Assembly: GCA_964234715.1 (NCBI GenBank)
Contig: OZ174282.1
DNA from: Podarcis melisellensis
Taxonomy: Eukaryota
Length of the DNA stretch: 64,000 bases
Direction: 5' to 3' (one strand)
Shown: piece after piece, positions 21,505 to 33,500 of the stretch
How positions within the stretch are numbered: position 1 is the first letter of the stretch
Layout: every line of letters starts with the position of its first letter
Made by a program: the position numbers and the translations under genes
Notes under the pieces: model-generated
Databases searched by the model: none
Told to the model about the DNA's origin: nothing
What the model saw: the letters and a program-made list of their open reading frames with translations, nothing else

Positions 21505-24500
21505 ATGGGGCTCCCTATAGGGATGTGGCTCTGGCTCTGGGCCGCACAGGTCTCTTCGGAGGAATCGGAGCCCGCCTGCCTGCCCGTGGCAGGAGAGGAC
21601 TGCTATAGGCTGCTCCGGCGGCCACAACCCGCCTTTGGTGCAGTGATTTGGTGCGGACGATCCCACGGCCGGCTCCTCCACACGTGGAACCAGCAGATCC
21701 AGGACGCCCTGCGCGACCGCCTGGACGACAGGAGCAAAACCTGGATCGGGGCTGCAGCAAAGGCGCTCCCAGAAGTGAACCACCCTGGCAAAGGTGAGAG
21801 CGGGGCGGGGGCGCAGAGGCCCAACAGCAGCACCGCAGAAGAGGGGCAGCAGCCGCCAATTCCAGTATACTCTCCCAGGATGTGTGTTATTCCCCACTCA
21901 GCATCTCTGACTCGCCCAGACGCCAAACCCCTCAGGGCAAGACCGCCACCCTCCCTACACAAGGTGGGACCACCGTCTCCTCGTGGGGATCGAGGCGGGG
22001 CAGCCAAGCTTCTCACTTCAAGGGCCCAGCCAGGCCCTGCAGACCCTTTCCTCCCTCGAGGGACCCCGCCCTCCAGCGTTTCAAGGACACCCAGGGTGGC
22101 AGCCATCCTCCCATGCCAAGCCCCGCTGCTGATGGCTCAGCTCTGCAGTCTGTGACAGGCAGTCAAGGAGTGGGGAGGGTTAAAAATAATAATAATGCAA
22201 GGCTGTCCGAGGGTTTGCTACCAGGCACTCACCCTATGTAAAGGCTCCCCTTAAACCACTTGCCACCACTGGGAGACTCTAGTCTGGAGAGGGAGCGGAG
22301 CCCTACAGGGGGAGCTCAGGGCAGCCTCAGCCGGAAAGCCTTATCCTAAGAAAGTCCCCCAAAGGCAAACAACTGGCGGGCTGGTGCTGAGTGTGGGGTG
22401 GCGGGGAAGAGGGGTAACCCTGTCTGATGGCGGCGCCTACTCTCCGCAGACCACTGCAAAGTCCTCGTCCGGAATGGGGACCAATTCTATACCAGGAGGG
22501 AGGAGTGTGACCAGAAGCACTTTTTCATCTGCCAGTCTGGTGCGTGAGTCTCCCCGCCCACCGGGGTGGGAGTTCGTGCCCTCATTCCGCACCCACAGGG
22601 GCTTGGGCAGGGGGCCTCCAGCTTCAAAGAGCGAGAAGGACCTCGTGGCTGAGCTGAGGATGAGACTCTCTGGACGGCCCCCCACGAAGCACGCCCTTTC
22701 GAGGTGGCTGCAACCCCGGAGGCAGGGCCAGGGTCAGGCTCTCCCCAGGCGGTTGGGCCGGGCCGTCGCAGGTCCTAGAACCGGCCCCTGCCGCCCAGGA
22801 AGCGCCCCTTCCATGAATTCTCCCGAGCTCAACCCCTTCTGCTCTCTGTCCGCTACAGGCCCCCCAAGGACGCCCCGAGAGACTTCCACGTCCTGGGTGG
22901 TAAGTTCCCGCCAAAGCAGGTGCCTGCGCAGCCGTCGAACAGGAACGGGCGAAGGCTCTCTAGGCCGCCGTCGCTGCGCAGCGCCCCCTGGACTGACTGC
23001 AGCGCACCGCCGAGCAGATGGCCCTGGTGACTTTCTCTCCCTGTCTCCCAGAGAACGACCTGCCAGCATTTGAGGTGCGGCCCGACGGAGGCGACGCCCA
23101 TCCTCACCGAAGAGCCGACAGCGACTGCTCCTCTGAGCGCCCAGGCCTCCGCCGCGACTCCTCCGCCGCCCAGTGCTCCTCCAGGAAGCAGCACAGTTCG
23201 CCAGCCGACCACCGCTGACATCCAGTCATTCCTTGGGACCAGGCCAGAACTCAGCACTCCCCGCTATTCGCCGAGCAGCCCCAAGTCGGCATCCAGCACG
23301 TGGCCCACCAGCAACAGCAGCCAGACCCGCCCCAACTCTCAGACCTCAGCCCCAGAGCCCAGCACTCAGCCGCTGCCCACCAGCAAAACCACCTCGGGGG
23401 GTACCAAAAGCCACGAGTCCAACACCAGCCCAGACGCCTTCACCTTCAACCCTAGAGACTTCTCCCCTGAGGACCAGGGGAAGGTAGGGAGACATCTGGA
23501 CTGGCACCTGCCCCTACCCTGGTGGCACCTTGTCCAGACAGGCTCTTCTCTCTCTCCGTCCCATACCCCACACCCTGCTCCAGAGATATCAGGAGGCATG
23601 GGGGGCGGGGCGGCGTTGCAGGATTCTTCCTTTGCACCTGGAAAAACCAACGCTGAAGTGCAGATCAAAGATGAGTGTGACTTGTATATGATTTCCCAGG
23701 GATCCAAAGTCACTTAGTGAGGGATTTCCAGACTGGTTTTGCCCACCGCAGAAAGGGGGGCAAGTGGCTGTGGGGGGGATGTGTGGCTCCCTCCAGCCTA
23801 GCTGCCTTCTCAGGTCTTCCCCCTATAGGGTAGAGGAGCCTTCCCAGAGTTAGAGATTTAGCGACAAGCTCCACTTGCAGACTCACTGACAGCGTAATAG
23901 GGCAACCAGGCCCCCTTCTCCCCCAGCCCCTCTCACTCAGGGTCTGTCCCACAGGCCCTAGAGAAGGTGCTGCACCAGTTCAGCCAGGCTGTGCAGACCC
24001 CAGACCACCCTATGGCACTGGAGCAGGCAGCCCGGATGCTGGAGAATTTGACAAATTTCCATGCTCTGCTTTCAGATGATGCCCAGGTACTGGCATGTGG
24101 CAGGGAGGGAGGGAGGGTGGGTGGCTGGCACCCCTGATCTAAGGGTCTGTCCCCTGCGGCCTATTCTCCCAGTCCTTGGTTGAACCAGGCTCTACCCAGG
24201 CTATGTACAGAGGCAAGCCTGCTGCTTGGCACAGCCAGCCTCGCCCTTGCACCCCCAAATCAGCCTTGCCAGATGATCAGCCCTGCCTTGTTCCTACAGG
24301 CCTCTGCCAGCCAGGCACTCCTCTCCCTGAGCTCTCAGCTACTGAGGGACCACCCTGCCAGCAATGCCTCCTGCCTAGACCTCGCATCACAGGCTCTTTT
24401 CCAGGCCCTCAGCAACCTCCTCCAAGCCTCAGGCAGCCAGACACCCAGCTTCGGCCCGCAACAGGTGGGGAAGAAAGAGGATCTGCAGGGGTCGGGTGGA

Positions 24501-27500
24501 GAAGGCTATTCAGAAGGATGGGGTTGCCAGCTCAGGCCTGCTGCATGGCTGGGTCTCATTCTGAAGGCACCCCCTTTTGTCCAGGCCTTCCCATTGCTCT
24601 GAGCCCATGGGGAGGGAGCTGAGCTTCCCAGCTCCCCGCCCTGGCTCTGCCCAGCTCCTGACCACACCTGGCCTTTCTCTGCAGCAGGAACCAAAGGTCC
24701 TGGAAACAGCACTGGAAGCCCTTCCTCTGATCCAGACGGGGCTCCTGTTGGGAAGCTCCACCATGGAGGAATCCACAGTAACTGTGGTGTCTCCTGTGCT
24801 CAGCACCACTCTCAGCAGGTACCAGTCTCCTCTCTCCTAGGCACTGAAGAAGTGGGGGGGGGGGGCTTGCTCAGGGCAACTGAATGAATTGTTTGGTTGC
24901 CAATTACCTATTATAATCCTTTTGGTACGCAGAGTAAGACATTGTTCAGATAATGCATCTTGGTTAGGGAACAGACTTTTATGAGCTACAGTCTCACACA
25001 CAGGGATGTTTGTAGTTGAGATAAATAATAAAGGAGTCTATTACATGATTTTTAAAATTATTACTACATTTATAACCCACTTTTTCGCCAAAAAGCTCAG
25101 GATGGCTCACAGTTGTCTCCTTTTCTCCATTTTATTCTCATAACAACAACCCTGAGAGGTGGGTTGGGGCTGAGAGATAGTGACTGGCCCAAAGTCACCC
25201 ATTGGGTTTCATGGCTGAGAGGGGATTTGAACCCTGGTCTCCCACGTCCATGTCTCGCACTCTAACCACATAATTGGATAGAAAAGTTCCAAGTTCCAGC
25301 CTAACAAGTCTGTACTAGAGCATGATAGCCATTCTGGCTCCTATTTTATCTCAGAGGATAATTCTTCTTGGAGAGAGAAATGTGAGAGGAGCAGGAAGTT
25401 GTAAAACAGAGTGCAGCCTGAGAATATCAAAAGAGATAGAGAGGTGAGCTGAAGAAGTTAATGACGCAAAGGTAGTCTGGGAGTCTGGAGGTCTCGAACT
25501 CTGTTCTATCTGTCCTAACCTACGCAAGACCCCTCTTCTGAAAATGGAGTTGCACTCAAACTTTCAACAGTAACCCCTCTCCGCACTCCCTACCAGGTGT
25601 GACAAAGCCTCCCTGTCCCATGCCTCCTTCCACCTGCTTCAGCCAAGGGGCCTGAACGTAACCTTCCCATCCAGCTCTGCTCTGGAGCCAGTTCTGAGCC
25701 AGCACCCTCAAGTACAAGTCCAGGTAAGGTGGTAGTGGCTTGCTGCCCACTGGGTCCTTGTAGGGGGACATAGTGCAGGGCTGGCAGGGCATGGAGGTGG
25801 GGCAGAGGGCACCCCCACAGTTCGCTCTTGCTCTCATCTTCATTCTAGGTAGCCTCCTTTGCATTCAACCCTTTCCAGCACCTGGATGGGAAGCCGATCA
25901 AAAGGATTGCAAGTATCTCTCTCATGGCCAGCGAGGAGTCCATCGGTGTCCACAATCTTGCAGAGGAAATAGAGGTGAGAATGGATACTGTACTGGAAAG
26001 TTCTCTCATCAGGGGGACTCTTCTCTCTGCACCCAAGTGGCATGGAGAAGCAGCGCTGTCCAAGGTCCAGCGCTGGATCAGAGATAAGCACTTTGTGCTG
26101 CATGGCCTGATGGGAGACAGTATGTGCTCAAGGGCCAGTGGGGGGCACTTCAGGGCTGACCATGGACATGCTGTCTGCTTCCAGATTGGGCTCAGTGCTG
26201 AGGCTAGTGCTGAGGCCCCTCACACTCACTTGACTGGCAACGTCAGGAACTTTGACATTGTGGTAAACATCACATCAGTAGAGGATGCCCTGCTAGTATT
26301 GGTGGAATCCAGCACAGTGGTCCAGATCACCTTGCACCTGGGCCTCCAACCTGAGCCCAACAAGAACAGCAGCCTCCTCAACACCACCCTGCCCAGCAGC
26401 GGATGGCAAGAGGGTGAGGACTTGTTAGAAGGAAGCTAGAGGGCAGGTGCTGCTTTGGGACTTCCTACTGGAGCATCTGATTGACATCTGGGAGAATAGT
26501 GCTGGACCAGAATGGTCATTGGCCTGATGTAGCAGGTTCTTCTTATGCTCATACATACAACACAATGCTGCATGTATCCCCTTAAAAGTAAGTCTCATTG
26601 GAGTTCAGTGAGGTGACTCTCGGGTAAGTGGGCATAGCTTTGAGGTGTTAACTTCACCAACTGTTCTGGGTTTCAGCCATAAGACATAACCTATATGGCA
26701 GGCTTCCTCAAACTCGGCCCTCCAAATGTTTTGAGACTACAATTCCCATCGTCTCTGACCACTGGTCCTGCTAGCTAGGGATCATGGGAGTTGTAGGCCA
26801 AAAACATCTGGAGGGCCAAGTTTGAGGAAGCCTGCTATATGGGAACAATTTACCTCTATAAATAAAAAGGGAAAGTTGCAAAAGTATACAGATTGAATTA
26901 GCTGTGTTTCAATTATTTAATTTCCCATTAAATTCATTTAATTGCAAATTAACATGGTGTAGTGGTCAGATTTGCACTGTAGGAAACATCAATGGGAAAT
27001 TAGTTTTAAATCGCTTAGTTAAATCAGCCCGTTTCTTCATTTACATAATTGACCAAACCACTTTGATTTAAATCTGTGCACCTGGGAGTAGGCACAGAGG
27101 AAGGGGCTTGAGGAGCTGGGGCCAGGCAGGACTGTGTCCCCAGTGGGGGAAGGTGTGGGTGTGGTCCCTCTCTGCTCTCTTTGACTCACTGCTCTTGCTT
27201 CAGAGGGTACCTACACATGGGTGATTCCTCCAGAGGAGCTGCAGCATCATGGCCTGGGCACCTACTACATCTCTGCAGAGGTGGCTCCCCTCTCTCAGGG
27301 CCCCTGGAACCTCTCCATTCACACCATCATCTCCGGATGCTACTACTGGTCCAGCCAGCATCAGGCCTGGAGAACTGATGGTTGTCGGGTATGCAGTAGG
27401 GTCAACCAGGCCAGAGGGCTGTTGGGCAGGCAAACAAGCCTTTGCTTCCATGCTGGGAGGGAAAAAAAGTAGGGCAGAATGTCATGGGGAACCAAATGGA

Positions 27501-30500
27501 GCAGAACTTTGGGGACCTCATCCTCCTGTGTTGGTTTCTAATGCATCAGTGCCTCCCTCCCAGGTGGGCTCCCAAAGCACCCTCCATAGCACCCAGTGCT
27601 TGTGCAACCACCTCACCTTCTTTGGGTGCATCGCCTTGGTCCTGCCACACCTGATTGACCTTCACAACACTGCAAAGCTCCTGAGCACTGTGGGCCAGAA
27701 CCCTTCTGGGCTGGCCTTGCTAAGCAGCTTGTTGCTGGGCTATGGAGTTGCCCTTGTTTGGGCTCGATGGAGACAGAGAACGGATGTTAAGAAGGTGAGG
27801 GGAAAGGGCAAGCAAAAGATTTATGATGGTTGTTTGGGGTTATTAGCATTTGCAGGCCAGAGACACTCCCCCCATCTGCCCTCATTCAGGCCATTCTTGT
27901 CTGATGTGCTGAAATGAGGAACAATGAGATATTTATCCAGCAAACAGCTGAGAACCAGACACCCTGGAAAAGCCGACTTGCTGAAGTGGGGCTTGGCCAT
28001 TTCTAGGGCCACCCACCCCATGTGTGTCTCTCCCCCCTCCAGGTGAAGGTCACAATCCTAGCAGATAATGAGGCCACCGCCTGCTTCCCTTACCTGGTCC
28101 AAGTCTTCACAGGCTACCGCCGAGGGGCTGGGACTTCTGCTAAGGTAGGGGAGGGTCTCACTTTCCTGCAGGCCCACTTTGTACTGTTGATGCTACAAGT
28201 GCTGCCCATCAAGTTCCGTGACCTCAGGCTCCTGCCCACAGAATCTGGGCCGCGTCTGGCAGATCTCTCCCTATCGGGGAGTGGGTGTGTGGGGTGCAGG
28301 CTTCTGTGTGACTGGCTGCATGCAAAAGCCTGTCTTTGATGACATCCTTCATGTGCTCCCTGCTTGGGCAAGGAACTGAGGAAAGGAAGCAATCCATGAA
28401 CCCCACCCAGCACCCACCCTCTTTTCCCTTTCCTTGATTAACCCCTTCTCCCTCCTTGGCTTGAGGTTATCCTGACCCTCTATGGGGCAGAGGGCCGGAG
28501 TGAGCCACACCTGCTACAGCACCCCCAGGGGCCCTCCTTTGAGCGAGGTGGGCGGGATGCCTTCCTCCTTGCCACTCAGAAGTCCCTGGGCAACCTCCAC
28601 GCCATCCGCCTCTGGCACGACAACACTGGGCCCAACCCCAGCTGGTAAGTCCATGGCCCAGCAAGGGCTGAGGGTGGGGGCCGAGAGGGTGGGGTTAGAG
28701 TGAACCAGACTGCAACTGGATGCCAGGCAAGGAGGAGGTTGGAAGCACACGACTGGCGTGGGAGAGTCCGTTGGCAGCACCAGACTTTATCAGATGCTAG
28801 TAGGCAAAGGGACACTGCAGCTGGCATACCTAGTCCTCCCATGCCATGGGGTTGTGCTGCCAGGACCTGGATACATGCAGAATTCCCAGGTCCTCAAAGA
28901 TACCTCCTTTCAAGCCTATGCTGAAGAAATTCACAACATCCCTGTCCAACTGTAGCAAAACTAGCTGCAGGTCAGTTGGACATTTCAGGGGGACGATGGA
29001 ACTGTGGCATGTCTTGTCCCACCCAAGGTTTATGCTCACCATGTTAAAGGCCAGCTTTGGCTCCAGAGGCCACATTGTCATGTAAAATAATGCATTATGA
29101 CCCACCTTTGGTCTGAACCCCCAAACATAAAGGATACATCAGGGAGGGAATACCTTTCCATCTCCAGTCTTTTCCCAAAGCTGCTGGGCAAACGACACTT
29201 TATGTATAAGTTAACTTGGAGCAAAGCTTCCCTTGTGCTTGAAGGAAGCCACATGCAGCTCTCAGCTTTGGCAAGGTGATGAGGGCAGAAGGAAAAGATC
29301 CCCACTGCTTCCCTTTAACCTGCAGCTCTTGAGTGATGGGGGAGTGGGGGCAGATCCCTTGGCTGCAGCTAATGGGCACCACATGACTGCTTGGCAGTGC
29401 CACCCATGTGTGGGCAAATGACTGAAAGGCCTGAGCCTCCTGCAGGTTTGTGAGGCGGCTGGTTGTCTGTGACCTGCCTGCCAAGAAGAAGTGGCATTTC
29501 CTGTGTGACTCTTGGCTGGCAGCTGACTTGGATGACGGCCATGTGGATAAAGTCTTTGCTGCTGCCTCCGAGAGGGATCTCCTGTCCTTCAGGTAAATAT
29601 GAGCACCACCTGCCAGTTTGTGGCATCTCTGGAATGTGTTTTTGCCCTTGGGGTGTTTCTGCCCCTGATTTACCCAACAGGTACCTTGCCTTTGACTGAA
29701 TTATGCTAAGAACACCTGTGTGAAAAAGCAATAATCAGACATCAAAAAATAAAAGTCAGGGAACGGCAGGCTCTGTCCCAGAATCTGCTTGGAATGACAA
29801 ATCTCAGACCCAGTGCAGAAAGTTCCTTTGACTATACACAGAGAGAGGGCCTTTCTCTCCCACCCATCTGGGAGTTGGGTCTTCCTTCCAGGTCAGAGAG
29901 TGTGATGCAGCTTCCAGCTCCTCTCCATTCAGAAATTAGGTGCAGCAGGAAAGGTCCCACCCTGCTCCTGGCCCTTGACCCTCTCTGGCTCAGCCCCCAC
30001 CAAATACATCTCTTATCCCACTTCACCAGGTACCAGTTCTGGTCAGGGCTGGTGGACAAATTGACGCAGGAGCACCTGTGGCTGTCGGTGGTGACCTGCT
30101 CGCCCTGGAGCCCCTTCACCCGTGTGCAGAGGCTCTCCTGCTGCCTGGCCCTCCTCTGCTGCACCTTCCTCATCAACATCATGTTCTGGAGAAAAGAGGC
30201 AGCGTCCAGAAGCCCCGAGGCTGGTGAGTCAGCTGCCAGCTGGAGACTAGCATAGCCAGTGCCTTTCCTTGTCCCCCACCCCAACATGATGCAGGTGGGC
30301 GCTGGGCTGGGGGCAGGTGAGTGGGTGGGGTAGGGAAGAGGCTGGTTTCCCACCACTTGCCATGGCTCACAGCCCCCAAGGCAGAGCCCTAAAGAGTCCT
30401 GTATTTTTGCTCCTGTCCCCATGCTCCACCTTCCATGCATAGGGCTTGTATGTCTTTAAGTAGCGCTGAGGATTCTAAGCTTCACAGTGGAGCTGGGAGT

Positions 30501-33500
30501 CCCCCTTTGGACGCCGCCCAGCATTTTTGGCATCGAAACTGCCTCAGCCACAGCAGTGATCCTTCTGGCCACCCCCTCCTCCTGAATGAAGGTCTCTGTC
30601 TGCCACTCCTCTCTCCCCCCCCTGCTCCCGAGACAGGGCCTTTTATGGTGACTTGGCATGAGCTGCTGGTGAGTATGGAAACCGCCATCTTCCTAATGCC
30701 AGTGAGCCTACTGATCAGCCACATCTTCCAGCTGGTCCAGCCTCCAGCCCCAAAGCCTCCTGCTGCCAGCTCCGAACTCCTGCAGACTGTGATGCCCCCC
30801 AAGCAGGTGATGCCCATCACACAAGTCAAGCAGGTGAGACCCCCTCCTCACAAGTCCCTCCAGTCAGCAAGAGGTTCTGAGCGGTCAGCCTCCGCCCTGA
30901 TGGGTGCTTGGCACTCTTGCCCTGCTCTCTCCATTGCAGGAGCTGGAGGAGACCCTGGGCTTCCTCTACAAGAACATCCTCTGCCAGTGCAGAGCCATGG
31001 ACAAGTTCCCTGGGACTTGTGAGCAAGTACCAGAGCTTGTGGCTGCTCTGTGTGACCTCATTGAGTCCCACCTCCAGCACCAGAAGGACCTGGAAGGTCC
31101 CCCTCAGGGTAAGAGTAGCTTGCCTTGGCAACGGATGCAAATACCACTGCCTTCCTCTCAGACAGAGAGTGCGCCACCCTTCCTCATGCTCTGTGCACCA
31201 GCTTGCACCTTTGGGGAACTGAGCAACCCTTGACTCAGTTGGAAAAGGAGGGGGAATTAAGGCTCTGGAGGGTGAGAGTGATTCCTCTTTGTACTTGTTT
31301 CCAGAGAGGCGCTTCAACCTCCACAGCTACCTGAGCCATGTGCTGAATGACTTGGGGACTCAGCTCTGCAGCCTGGATTTGTGCAGCTTCCCTAAGCCCT
31401 ATGACCATCTGCATGCAGTGGACCAACTACGAAGAGTCCAGCAGCACCTGGAGCAGCAGCAGGCCCAGCCCTGGCCTAGCCCTGAGGGGCCTGGCAGGTA
31501 GCCCCCATCCAGAAGCTCCGCTCATCTATCTCTTCCCCACTCTCCTGGCCCCATTTCCTGGTAAAATTTGGCAGAGATTGCTCCAAACCCAAAATAATAC
31601 TTGGGGAACAAGATCCTCATTTGTAAGCCACTGTGAAACTCTGCGGCATCTACTGTACACACCCTACGTATGTATACAAAGAAACACACCTAGCTAAGGT
31701 CAAAGTTCCTTCCATGAAATAGCTTGCAGGAAGAAACTAACCAGATGTCTTCACACTCCAGGGAATGCCTTCAGGGGCTTGGCGAGGAGGCAGGTCACAG
31801 TTACAGGAGATTGAAGTTGCCCCCCCCCCCAGGACTCACCAGTGAGGATGGGGGTCGCATATGCAGCAGAGCGTTCAAATGTGACCCAGAAACAGAGTGA
31901 GGCAACAGCACAAGGTCACCACCGCAGTCAAGTTCAGGCAAGGTACAATGCAGCAAGGCAGGGCAATGAGAATCAGGAAATAAGGCACCAGAGACCTGTA
32001 TTATTTCCTGCAACTAGAAGGCTCACTAGGGAGGCTTTATATGCTCTTGTCTCCTAAACTACACTCAACCACAGCCACTGACTGCTTCCTCACAAGCAGA
32101 CTGCTGCCTCTGATTCCTGAGACTGGCAGGGGGAGCTGTTCCACCTCCTGTTCTGACAGTTCCAGGAGTTTTTCATCAGGTACTAACCTGGAGGGCCCCT
32201 GGATCTATAGGGTATCTGGTTCATCTTCAAAGGACTCTGCGTCTGGTCCCGTGTCACACGCAGACCCAAAGCCAGCCAGTTTTCCCAACCCACCCAATAA
32301 TGGTCTTTTTCTTAACTGCCTATTGCTTTTTCTGCTTGGTCTGTGGGACATTTGCCCTCCCCACTGCACAGTTCCCTCCCTCCACTGGTGTTCCCAAAGG
32401 CTGAGGTGCCATTTATTCTCCTGTCTCTGTGTCTCAGGCCCACCGGGCCCAGGAGCGAGCTCAGCAGTTTCCCACTTGAAGACCCTGACAAGGAGAGGCC
32501 GCCGTTCTCCCACTGTCTCCCCGGGAGATTCAGCTTTGCTTGCTGGCTCACAGTGGGAAGCATCAGCCTGGTTTCGGCCTTCTTCACAGTGCTCTACAGC
32601 CTAGAAATGAGCAGGGACGAGGCTGGGCACTGGGCCATCAACATTCTGCTCTCAGTGCTACAGAACATCTTTGTAATGCAGCCCCTGAAGGTAACTTGGT
32701 CCTATCTGGGGTGCAGCTAACCTCTCCCCACACCCCACACCCTTGCCAGAGCCAGCCTCTCCCCTCTTCTCCCTGCCTCTACAAATGTCTTTGGTGTTCT
32801 GTGAATCTGCAGCAACACAGCAGGGTCAGAGGTCTGCAAGGGTCCTCAGACCCCACCTAAGTCCAGACTCTGGGTTTAATGCTTGTCCATCTCTCCCCCA
32901 ATCTGCACTGGTAATGTGTGTAATGTTACTAACCATTTGTGGTGGGGCACCTCCTGCATATTCTGCTAAGAGGGGCCCCAGACACCTGCCCTGTGGGCCC
33001 CCCCCAATGGCAACCCTGTTCTCCCTTCTTCCCAGGTGTTGGCTCTGACCTTCCTCTTCTCACTGCTGCACAAGAGGGAGTTGTGGAAGGACAAGGGGCA
33101 GGAGCAGCAGCTCTGGTGGGCCCTGGGCCTCGTCACAGGTAATTCAAGCTCTCCAACCCCACCCCACCCCACACCGCGCCTCCATCTGCAATGCTCGATA
33201 GGGCATCTGCCTGAGCGGCCTCTGACCAAAGGGGACCTTTTTCCTCTTGCTTGGGACTGACGCCAGCTTTCTTCTCCCTCTAGCAAGGGGCCTACAACTG
33301 GAAGCTTATGGGCGGAGAGACTGGGCAGACCCATCTTACAGACCCCCTGCCCTCCAGCCAATGGTGCGGCCAAAGGAACGAGCCTTGAAAGACAAGAAGT
33401 TGTACTCCTTGATCAGAGAGATTGCAGGTGAGACCAGGCGCCAAGGCCAGTAAGGGCATGGATGGGTTGTGCTCCCTCCCCGCACCAAGCAGGGGTGAAA

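Noticed and set aside
18971-33284. Chimeric splicing from the upstream polycystin into the PKD1L3 channel exons
   Set aside because: The donor-like CG|GTAAAG is phase 2, whereas the homologous PKD1L3 acceptor at 33284 needs phase 1, so the join would frameshift. A join from 18108 to 33036 would be in frame but has no supporting evidence.
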